37,632 nt of DNA from Tubiluchus corallicola (lineage: Eukaryota; Animalia; Priapulida), in assembly GCA_030141605.1 (NCBI GenBank), contig JAQGDQ010002437.1, forward strand, positions 1-37,632, read 5' to 3'. Positions 19,101 through 26,343 of the stretch are shown here, in pieces. Numbering within the stretch: the stretch's first letter is position 1; every line of letters begins with the position of its first letter. The notes below the pieces were generated by a model, which ran no database searches, was not told the origin of the DNA, and was given only the letters and a program-made list of their open reading frames with translations. Position numbers and translations under genes: made by a program.

Positions 19101-19472
19101 TTCCTGAGTGAGGCCGTAACGTGACAACGGCGGCATTCCGGCTTTTCCGGCGAGGAAGTCTCGGGCCTGTCGATGGCTGTCGGGCATAGGACCGGATTGA
19201 CCGGCCGTTACCGTTCCCGATTGAACAAACTCGACCAGCTGCAGGACATCTCCACCCACACCGCAGCCGAAACAATACCAGCCCTGTTTGTCGAGCATCA
19301 CATGAAGTGAGCGACGGGACTGGCTCTGATGGTGCGGGCAATCACACTGGAGCCGCTGCCGGGATTCCTGCGAGATTCTTCCGGACAGAAGATCCCTTGC
19401 CACATCACCGATATCGAGCTCGGTTATCAGGCGGTAGTATTCTCTGACATTATCCGAACCGCCCATACTCAT
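16170..19472 (-). CDS. DnaG-type primase (CHC2 Zn finger + TOPRIM) fused to a P-loop helicase/ATPase
   Basis: CPHH...WYCFGC, IITEGVTD, CQDND-like TOPRIM (CQDNE), KIDVND, GSAGSGKTT, IVLDN; ATGA overlap with the recD2 stop gives start 19472. Confidence 0.88.
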   Translation of the reverse strand: MSMGGSDNVREYYRLITELDIGDVARDLLSGRISQESRQRLQCDCPHHQSQSRRSLHVMLDKQGWYCFGCGVGGDVLQLVEFVQSGTVTAGQSGPMPDSHRQARDFLAGKAGMPPLSRYGLTQERLEQTENDRSFEIRVKDALTELARYYHQRLKENQEALTWLKEKYAISDETIDDLLIGFADNESGVIAALRSGDHGFSKRELSATGAFRPTSQDGLNPFFENRIIFPYWSRGRVVFMIGRKTPWTPDANWEQGKYKKLPVHDEHQRPYVARFVNNAVLFNEDCLLGKPDHIIITEGVTDCIALMQQGFPALSPVTVRIRAADWERLVPKMRGLKTVHICQDNEISEAGLKGALQTARTLAEHKIDTKLVTIPLNEPQQQARQELSRRFNLTAAVGPRELAKLLEGHSAEDIREAETLLANAKIDVNDFFASGNGKAEFETLLSAACTPVEFGIQSLPEDAPEEERNRQLEPVLAEISAHSPLEQSRLLKLVQERLGKAVPMATLKEQVRSVQQNRRDSAKKEKKKAKRLSGSPPGSCRARVDEVLIDTELENGAPDYTAAAEAAYDWFTANGAQFFYTQTGEPFMYFDNSIYWMDSPDRGRKRQYAAMLYKHTGMVPTSNGGRTFFEVLPSLAMIRGQVRDHFSWLHSDISNFTVYFNLNNQDHEIARITPDGIEILKNGGNADGIILDGSRKMKPLKFLKDASPEEADKLLVDFLINNMTCSQGDRFLILSWLTCFLLIDFSGTRPMTRFEGSAGSGKTTASKIISALLYGEPQHKKATDAANYTDGSQNPLIVLDNIEVRQMSEELTTFMLTSITGIAKEKRKSGTDSETVTERTKCLLNTTGIEPLCGELSEIQSRSFVVNFDIDNQGNDCFIESEVIASIQQNRDLIISAIMKRTSEVLAMMKDSMRTQAMKLLHEALGNHDKRRCNEYLSLMYLMLLAGSSQEQVEQGMTTLAPAFKQQIQTINQTSRETARESNHTATALSTLFKAWQTAVEADRKDMYNDRRVDHIQEFVARYQIQFEEDGCLKEVLSRELFVALKRVARDFGLRFEMDSSRQFAQRFANDLETIRQAGFDVVLSQKRYGTKLYTIQAVD

Positions 19473-21691
19473 AATGCCCCCGCACAAGCTGACTGCTCTT
19501 CAAGGCAATTCACATTGTTCAAGAGAATGGATAGAAAGGTCTTGCGGTCGTCCACCTGACATTTCTTGGCGCAATTGCGGATGCCCCAGCGGTCACCCAG
19601 CACAATCGCCGTCTTGCGGGCACGGGTAACACCGGTGTACAGCAGATTACGATGATGCATGAAGGAATGAGCCTTGTGGACCACCACGACAGCGCAGGGA
19701 AATTCCGACCCTTGGGTTTTGTGGATTGTCAGCGTATATGCCAGCTGAATGTCCTGAAGGTTCGGTGAGCCTTTTTCGATCTCAACCGCCACACCCTCGA
19801 AATCAATCAACAGCGTGCCGTTGGGCAACACATCGACCACATGACCGATGGCACCGTTCATTACGTTCAGGTCATAGTTGTTGTGGGTCTGAATGACCTT
19901 GTCGTGTTTCAAAAATGGCGACCGGCGGCCGGGTTGTGTTTCCGGAACATTCACATTCCAGAGGCGCTTCTGGATAAGCCGCTGCAGGTCTTCATTGAGT
20001 GATTTGGTTCCCAGCGGCCCCTTGTGCGTCGGAGTCAACACCTGCACGTCCTTGATCAGATCAAAGCCAAGGGCATCCAATCGTTTGTCAAAGAGGTCCA
20101 GCAGGAAATTGCGGGCTGCACCCGGATCGGTGAACTGATCCGCCAGATACCAGTCCCGGCATCCCTGTGTGCTTGCATCACTGGTCTTTCTGACTTCTCC
20201 CTTGAGAATAGCGGTGCTGTTTTCCTTCAGCACACCGGCCTGCCTGACCACCTTATCCAGAATGACCGTGGGGATGTCATTGGAGTGGATCAAGTCCCGA
20301 AGGATATTTCCCGGACCGACCGGCGGCAGCTGGTTGTGGTCTCCCACAATGACAATAGCCGTTCTAGCAAAGTCGACCGCATTGAAAAGGTGCCACGCCA
20401 ACGGAACATCCACCATGGAAAATTCATCGATGATCAGCATGTCGGCATCGATGGGATTATTGCTGTCCTTGGAAAAGGACTTGCCGTCATAGCCAAGCAG
20501 GCGATGGATGGTGGTTCCGGTGCGACCGCTCACTTCCTCGAGTCTCTTGGCCGCTTTGCCTGTCGGCGCGGACAACACCACCTCCAGATCGCACTCTTCA
20601 CATACCGTGTTGATGACCGATACGGTGTAGCTCTTACCCGATCCGGCTCCACCGGAGATCAGGCTGATGGAGTGCTGCAACGCAGAGTGAACCGCTTCGA
20701 GCTGCTTTTCGTTGAGCGTTTCCGCCTGACGAAGAATTAGCTTCTGCAGATTGCGGGTCGATTTGAAATGAGGGTTCGAGGCATCCGCCTTGGTGAAAAT
20801 GGCAGCGATGTCCTGTTCCATTTTCAGGATATCGGAAAGCGCCACCAGAAAACGTCCCGCGTGTGACTCACAGGAGAGCAGTCTTTCGCTGATCAGGTTG
20901 TCCAGCGATGCTTCGATACGGATGCGGCTGTCCAGATTATCCATCACCAAAAGCAGGTTGGCCTGATCAACAAGGTCCTCGTATTCGACCCAGCAGTTTC
21001 CCTGATCCAGTGCCTCGTGCATACAGTACTGGATACCGGCACGGATTCTTGGTGTGTGGTCTTTGGGCGTGCCCAGTTTGCGGGCAATCTTGTCGACTTT
21101 CTTGAAGCCGAATCCACGCAGTTCCCGGATGAGGATGTAAGGATCGGCTTTAAGGATTTCCAGACAGTTACCGCCCAGCTTATCGACCAGCGTTGTTACC
21201 TGATGGTGGGTCAATCCAAAGGCGGAGAGCCATGCCAGGACGGCATTGACGCTGCGGTTTTTACACCATTCATCCTTCAGACGATTAGCGGCATCGAGGG
21301 AAATTCTGGCTTTTGATGCGATGAGCTCCGGGGATTCAATCAGAGTTTCCTCGAATGAATCGCCGAACTCTTCAACGATAAGGCGGGCTTTGGCTGGACC
21401 AATCCCTTTGATGTCCGGGTGATTGGCCAGATAGTGAATCAATCCTTCCGGGTTCAGATCAAGATCGTGCTCCATGGCATCGACCTTGAACTGACGACCA
21501 TATTTCGGATGGGTGGCCCACGTCCCCAAAAGGACCACGGGCTGATTTTCACGGGCAAAGAGGTTTCCGGCAAACTGGATTTCCTCTCCGGTGGCGGTGA
21601 GCAAACGGCCTGCTGAAAACTTTGGCCCGGCATAATAAACTCTCTCTATTCTTCCCCGGAGTTTTGCCGGGGAGTTTGTTTTTCTTGGCAT
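19469..21691 (-). CDS. recD2: RecD2-like SF1B DNA helicase
   Basis: HhH IKGIGP, GGAGSGKS, IIDEFSM, VGDHNQLPPVGPG, TIHKTQGSEF, LLYTGVTRA. Confidence 0.92.
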   Translation of the reverse strand: MPRKTNSPAKLRGRIERVYYAGPKFSAGRLLTATGEEIQFAGNLFARENQPVVLLGTWATHPKYGRQFKVDAMEHDLDLNPEGLIHYLANHPDIKGIGPAKARLIVEEFGDSFEETLIESPELIASKARISLDAANRLKDEWCKNRSVNAVLAWLSAFGLTHHQVTTLVDKLGGNCLEILKADPYILIRELRGFGFKKVDKIARKLGTPKDHTPRIRAGIQYCMHEALDQGNCWVEYEDLVDQANLLLVMDNLDSRIRIEASLDNLISERLLSCESHAGRFLVALSDILKMEQDIAAIFTKADASNPHFKSTRNLQKLILRQAETLNEKQLEAVHSALQHSISLISGGAGSGKSYTVSVINTVCEECDLEVVLSAPTGKAAKRLEEVSGRTGTTIHRLLGYDGKSFSKDSNNPIDADMLIIDEFSMVDVPLAWHLFNAVDFARTAIVIVGDHNQLPPVGPGNILRDLIHSNDIPTVILDKVVRQAGVLKENSTAILKGEVRKTSDASTQGCRDWYLADQFTDPGAARNFLLDLFDKRLDALGFDLIKDVQVLTPTHKGPLGTKSLNEDLQRLIQKRLWNVNVPETQPGRRSPFLKHDKVIQTHNNYDLNVMNGAIGHVVDVLPNGTLLIDFEGVAVEIEKGSPNLQDIQLAYTLTIHKTQGSEFPCAVVVVHKAHSFMHHRNLLYTGVTRARKTAIVLGDRWGIRNCAKKCQVDDRKTFLSILLNNVNCLEEQSACAGAL

Positions 21692-22128
21692 TGAGCGAAC
21701 CTCCGGTGAAAGCGCATTAAAAACTCTTCAACAAACCGGCAGGCTGCCTGACGGTCTGAACAGAAATAAACGGGCACACCGAAGTCGATGATGATGGAGG
21801 CAATGGTTCCTATGAGGGCGTTTGGATGGGCGTCGCTCTGGTAGCAGGCACCGAGAATATCCCGGTAATTGGCCTCAACGACGACACAGGCCGCGTCATA
21901 ATGCCGGAGCTTTTCCAGCTCCTTGTGAAAACGCTTTCGGCCTCGGATGACAGTGGAAACAAAATCCGCCATGGACTTCCTTTCCACCGCCACCCGGGTC
22001 TCGAATCCCTCGATGGAGTAATCTCCCGCCGGGAGGGCCTTGCGGACTGATACGACTGATTCCGAATCAAATCCGTAAGGCTCCTGTTCCCGGGTATCAA
22101 CGACAACGGTAACCATGCCCATCCTCAA
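21646..22128 (-). CDS. ERCC4 (XPF/Mus81-like) domain nuclease
   Basis: VVVDTREQ, GDYS and VERKSMAD motifs. Confidence 0.88.
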   Translation of the reverse strand: MRMGMVTVVVDTREQEPYGFDSESVVSVRKALPAGDYSIEGFETRVAVERKSMADFVSTVIRGRKRFHKELEKLRHYDAACVVVEANYRDILGACYQSDAHPNALIGTIASIIIDFGVPVYFCSDRQAACRFVEEFLMRFHRRFAQCQEKQTPRQNSGEE

Positions 22129-23006
22129 AACGGAATCATGTCGTCTACATCGTGACCGGCCGACGGTGCTGCGGCATCTTCATCCGAAAGCACAATCCGG
22201 CGGTTAAAGTAGATGTTCTCGAATTCGTTCTTCGTGCGCTTGGTCACCTCGAGCCCGACATCCAGAAGGGTTTCCAGTTTGCCCGGGAGGTCAGAGAGCT
22301 TGTCCATCTGCAGGCCGCAGGTATAGAGATCCTGCTTGAGCCATTTCACATTGTCCTTGCTGGCAATGACGTTGTTACGCCACAGCAGACGGCCTTTGTG
22401 CGTGGGACCCAGAATCTTCAGCGCCCACTTGAGCATGGGCTTGCCGTCATCACCGGTTTTCATGTCCAGATCACAGAACAGGATCAGGTCCACCAGACCG
22501 GTGACCAGCTTACGGGCCTTGTCCGGTAGGGTCGGCACAATGCGAGTGTGCTTTCCAGTGCGTGTCTCAATGTCACGCTCGTGGGAATGGGAAATGAGGA
22601 TCAGGCCGTAAGGCAGAAAGGCCAGTTTGTTGAGAACGCGCTGAAACTCATTGTTGATGAGGGCATAGCCTTTTCCATAGCCAAGGTCGGACTCGTGCTC
22701 GATCTTGAACTTCTTGCAGACATAATCCGCACACATGCGGTAGGCGTTATCCACCGTGTCGATGACGATGGTCTTGAAGTCGTGTTTGCCTTCGGCAATC
22801 TCGGCACACGCCTGCAGAAGGTCGTCCCAGCAGGTAATGGGCGCTTCGAACACTTCGAGGGCGTTCAGGCCCGGTTCCGTGGCTAGAAACAGGGCGTTTT
22901 CCGCGTGGGAGCACCAAGTGCTCTTGCCAATTTTGCTCGGACCATAAACCAGTGCGGTCAGGTCGTTCAGGGTTGCTTTCGGTTTGGTTTTGCTTTTCGG
23001 AAGCAT
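22125..23006 (-). CDS. AAA_24/Sak4-like ATPase fused to a DUF669/SSB-like C-terminus
   Basis: YGPSKIGKST, TIVIDT, GYGKG, LISH, then GKPMLKWALKIL...GRLLW...DDMIPF acidic SSB-type tail. Confidence 0.78.
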   Translation of the reverse strand: MLPKSKTKPKATLNDLTALVYGPSKIGKSTWCSHAENALFLATEPGLNALEVFEAPITCWDDLLQACAEIAEGKHDFKTIVIDTVDNAYRMCADYVCKKFKIEHESDLGYGKGYALINNEFQRVLNKLAFLPYGLILISHSHERDIETRTGKHTRIVPTLPDKARKLVTGLVDLILFCDLDMKTGDDGKPMLKWALKILGPTHKGRLLWRNNVIASKDNVKWLKQDLYTCGLQMDKLSDLPGKLETLLDVGLEVTKRTKNEFENIYFNRRIVLSDEDAAAPSAGHDVDDMIPF

Positions 23007-23031
23007 GATTTATCTCCTTGTATGGTTTGGG

Positions 23032-24048
23032 TTAAAAAACAGGGGCAGCATCTTCACTTGCTCCATCCCGCAGCTCTTCGTGCGGGATCACCCGTTGGTA
23101 ATGGTTTTCAATGACGTTGGGGTTCTCACCGCTCCGGCACAGCGGGAAGTAGGGACAGGCGCGTCCATACTGAAAACAGAAGGCCGTATTGCGGTAGAAG
23201 GTGTTGCGGCGGCGGGCATCCAGCATGGCTTTGGATAGTTCCCAAAGCTCACTGCGAAGCTCGTCGAATTGATCGCGGGAGATGTAGAGCAGCTCCCGGT
23301 GAAACATGCCGGTCTCGAGGTATTTGTCTTTGAGGCGCTGCTGGAAGGCATCATCCGGCTCGGGCATCTTGCGCTTGGCGCTGCTCTTGCCGGTTTTGGA
23401 TTTGGCGATCAGCTCGGCACGGCGGGTTTCAAACTCAGCTTCCGTTTCGCCTTTGCTCTGGCGCAGCTTTGCTTTGACCAGCACGTTGTAGATGATGCCG
23501 GAAATACGGATGCCGAGGGTCTGTTCCAGATACCACGCATAAATGATGATCTGAAAATCAGTCCAAAGCCGTTCCAGATAACCGGCATCGATTTGTGAGG
23601 CGGTCTTGTGCTCCAGCAGGAAGTATTGACCATCCTGTTGGACCAAACCGTCCACCTTGCCAGCCAGCACGAAACTCCTCGATGCGGCGTTGGTATCCGG
23701 ATTGACGATGGGACCTTCGAAGGTCTTCTCCAAAGCAACCACGTCAAAATCCTCGACGGGATACTGCTCCGAGTATGAACTCATCATCGCAGTGGCCAGA
23801 TGCCAGTCCGCGAGCTGATGGTCATCCTGTGCCCGGTTGGCATAGACCTGATCGATGTGTTCGAGAACCTTTTCGAGCTCCCGCTGGCCATGCCAGATTT
23901 CAAGGCAGTCGTGAATGACTGATCCGAAAGCCAGGTTGTGATCCCGCTCCAGAGGAACAAGGTCCCTCAGGTAGCGGTATTCACAAGCCTTGCGGCAATT
24001 GCGGAAGAGCCGCCACATGGAATACGTGGTGGTCATCAATTCGCTCAT
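23032..24048 (-). CDS. PD-(D/E)XK (RecB/Cas4-like) exonuclease
   Basis: FGSVIH, GKVDGL, LLEHKT, Q...Y motifs and N-/C-terminal Cys (CRKAC; CFQYGRACPYFPLC); start 24048 by ATGA overlap. Confidence 0.82.
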   Translation of the reverse strand: MSELMTTTYSMWRLFRNCRKACEYRYLRDLVPLERDHNLAFGSVIHDCLEIWHGQRELEKVLEHIDQVYANRAQDDHQLADWHLATAMMSSYSEQYPVEDFDVVALEKTFEGPIVNPDTNAASRSFVLAGKVDGLVQQDGQYFLLEHKTASQIDAGYLERLWTDFQIIIYAWYLEQTLGIRISGIIYNVLVKAKLRQSKGETEAEFETRRAELIAKSKTGKSSAKRKMPEPDDAFQQRLKDKYLETGMFHRELLYISRDQFDELRSELWELSKAMLDARRRNTFYRNTAFCFQYGRACPYFPLCRSGENPNVIENHYQRVIPHEELRDGASEDAAPVF

Positions 24049-24365
24049 ACCGCGACCTCCATTGCTGAAGGTGCTTTTGCATTGCAGGCGCATCCGCCAC
24101 CGGCGGGTTCACGGTCGATCATGACCGCACGCTCGCCGTATTCCTTGGTGGCGAATCCGGTAAAGATGCTCGCCAGATCACCGCCGACTTTGGTCGCGGC
24201 ATCGATCTGACAGGTGCGATTTTGTTTATCCAGATTGAAGCGGGATTCCATCCTCACTCTGGAGTGTCCATACATGCTTTCCACAGCCAGCAACGCCAGC
24301 ATAAAGGTGTCTTCCAAGTCCTGAGCCGGGACCGACTGATCAAAGCGATACTTGTAAGTTTCCAT
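24045..24365 (-). CDS. Hypothetical protein
   Basis: 106 aa; AGGAG RBS; first gene after a motif copy. Confidence 0.75.
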   Translation of the reverse strand: METYKYRFDQSVPAQDLEDTFMLALLAVESMYGHSRVRMESRFNLDKQNRTCQIDAATKVGGDLASIFTGFATKEYGERAVMIDREPAGGGCACNAKAPSAMEVAV

Positions 24366-24438
24366 TGTTAATCTCCTGTTGTTTTTCAGGTTTTCTGTTT
24401 ACCGAGGCCCCGGTCGTCCGCTTCATGCGGCACGATGC

Positions 24439-24469
24439 TTACTTACCGGAACTCCGGGTGATGCGTCGG
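24439..24469 (-). promoter_or_regulatory. Element promoter-like motif copy 5
   Basis: TTACTTACCG-16 nt-GTCGG right after the sigma gene stop, upstream of the replication operon. Confidence 0.75.
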
Positions 24470-24473
24470 TCGA

Positions 24474-25058
24474 TCACAGGTATTCTTCCAATCCGCCATC
24501 CCGGAAAGCGTCCCTCAGTTTGGTCAGTGTTCCGTAGAGAGTGCTGCGCGGCACACCCATCTCCCGTGCAATTTCAGCCATGTTGCTCGATTGCAGTTTT
24601 TCGCATAGCTCCTGCAGATCTTCCGGCAGTCCAGCAATGACCCGGTCGACATCGAAGCGGATATCGTTTTGCCGTTGCTCGATGGTTTCCTTGTTGTGGT
24701 GTCCCATCAACCCATCACTGGAAACCTGTTCGATACGCTCTGCTGAATCGTTGTCCCCGCCCGGAATAGGGTCATTGAGAGTGTTAAAGCATTTGCGCCA
24801 GTCTCTGCATTGAGCGAAGCGGGCTTCAAGAATGGTTGAAATCCGCCGCTCCACGATGCGGGTCATGAAGGTTGTTTTCTTCCCTTTGGCAGGGTTGAAG
24901 TGCTTCATTCTGCCCAACAGGTCGATCATTAGTTCCTGCTCAAGATCTTGCCGATCGTCTTCTGTCAGTCCTGCTTTACCCACCAGTTGCCTTGCTTTGT
25001 GCCGAATAAGATCTGCGGCATACCCATCGATGCCTTCATAAGAATTTCGATAAAACAT
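24474..25058 (-). CDS. Element-encoded sigma-70/ECF-like RNA polymerase sigma factor
   Basis: Region 2-like DRQDLEQEL...FNPAKG...TFMTRIV; region 4-like LPEDLQEL...MAEIAREMGVPRSTLY; GAGGAGG RBS. Confidence 0.78.
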   Translation of the reverse strand: MFYRNSYEGIDGYAADLIRHKARQLVGKAGLTEDDRQDLEQELMIDLLGRMKHFNPAKGKKTTFMTRIVERRISTILEARFAQCRDWRKCFNTLNDPIPGGDNDSAERIEQVSSDGLMGHHNKETIEQRQNDIRFDVDRVIAGLPEDLQELCEKLQSSNMAEIAREMGVPRSTLYGTLTKLRDAFRDGGLEEYL

Positions 25059-25062
25059 TTGG

Positions 25063-25250
25063 TCCTCCTCGGAGCGAGGAGGAGCACCGCGTGGGTGTCG
25101 GCACGGGCCGTAAACAGAGGAAGGAACTGATCCAACAAGCGGAGCGTCGCAGGTTCGCCTTTTCTGCCACCTGCCGTGCTGATAAACACACGGTCAGGTT
25201 TGGCTCGGCGACACCCACAACAGCCTCCGCCTTGCGTCCAGCTTGTTGTC
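25063..25250 (-). promoter_or_regulatory. Structured 5' leader of the sigma gene
   Basis: 9-bp stem TCCTCCTCG/CGAGGAGGA (25063-25083) covering the RBS; 10-bp inverted repeat 25091-25100/25209-25218; 39-nt segment shared with 28791-28829. Confidence 0.6.
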
Positions 25251-25273
25251 GAAGTGTCTAAATTCTCAGTTTG

Positions 25274-25600
25274 TTATGCTGCCCGTTCCTCGATGCGGAT
25301 CAGGAATGGCAGCCCATGCTTGATTTCAAGATGACGGATGATTCCGTCGCCCATGCCGGTCAGGTGCTCGAGTAGAGCGAGCACCTCCTGCTTTAGGGTG
25401 AAGTCATCCTTCTCGGATTCAGGCCGGGTTCCATTTTGGCCGCCCAGTTTGATTTCACGCTCGATGATGGTGTCTGCGGTGAGTTCGGGATTTCCGCCCA
25501 CAACCGGTATGTTGGAAATGCGCCCGAAGTTGATTTGCTGCATCAGCTCGATGAGCTTTTGCTGCGGTTCGTTTAGTTCTGTCTTCTTGATCTGGTTCAT
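25274..25600 (-). CDS. Hypothetical protein
   Basis: 108 aa; AAGGAGG RBS. Confidence 0.75.
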   Translation of the reverse strand: MNQIKKTELNEPQQKLIELMQQINFGRISNIPVVGGNPELTADTIIEREIKLGGQNGTRPESEKDDFTLKQEVLALLEHLTGMGDGIIRHLEIKHGLPFLIRIEERAA

Positions 25601-25870
25601 GCCGAACCTCCTTTGTTAAGGACCTCCCGGAAGACAGGTCCGGCATGATTTCTCCGGGTGAGGTCGTGAACGCTTTCCTGTTCACCAGACCTGTCACCCT
25701 TCTTTGGCGAAATTTCGTTGGGCCACTGAAATCTCACCCGATACAGATGCTCTGGGATTGGCTAATGCGTTGAATTTGAAGGGGATTTAGCCGGATGAGG
25801 CGGGGAAATATTTTTTAACTTTTTTTGCCACCCCTCAGTGAAATTTCGTTGAACTCACTCGTCAGGGCAT

Positions 25871-25896
25871 AAAAAAAGCCGACACGAAGGTCGGCT
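25871..25896 (-). terminator. Intrinsic terminator of the serine recombinase operon
   Basis: AGCCGAC/GTCGGCT stem followed by a T-run on the minus strand. Confidence 0.75.
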
Positions 25897-25923
25897 GTTG
25901 GGGATGGTGGTTTGGGATCTCGA

Positions 25924-26343
25924 TCAGCTGAATCCAAAGAATGTTCGCTGCTCACTCCAGTCGAGCGGGAATGTTTTCACCAGCTTTGAGAGGGATAATC
26001 CGCTGGGCTCTTCACCGTTAATGATGGCTTCGACAATGTCCGGCGCGAGCGTGGTCAGTTTCAGGGTTCTGGCGACGTAGGATGAGTCCACATCGAGATC
26101 CCTTGCCAGCTCGCTGATGGACCTGATCTCACCACTCTCGAGGATGTCCGCCCATGAAAAGGCTCTGGCCAGCGACTGGACAATGGCCGTCTGAACCGTT
26201 TCCGGCATGCCCTCATTTTCACCATCCAGCGTATCCGGCGTGAACACCATTTTGCGGCCGCGCATTCTCCGGATGAACATGGGGATATGGATGTGTAGGT
26301 TCCCGCTGTCTGATAGTTTGATGGTTGGTTTGATCTTTTTCAT
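25924..26343 (-). CDS. HTH-containing accessory protein of the serine recombinase module
   Basis: LARAFSW...SISELARDLDVDSSYVARTLKLTTLAPDIVEAI pattern; coupled to the recombinase stop. Confidence 0.75.
   Translation of the reverse strand: MKKIKPTIKLSDSGNLHIHIPMFIRRMRGRKMVFTPDTLDGENEGMPETVQTAIVQSLARAFSWADILESGEIRSISELARDLDVDSSYVARTLKLTTLAPDIVEAIINGEEPSGLSLSKLVKTFPLDWSEQRTFFGFS

Noticed and set aside
23032-24048. Cas4 of a CRISPR system
   Set aside because: Its context is a phage recombination operon with no cas1/cas2 or array.
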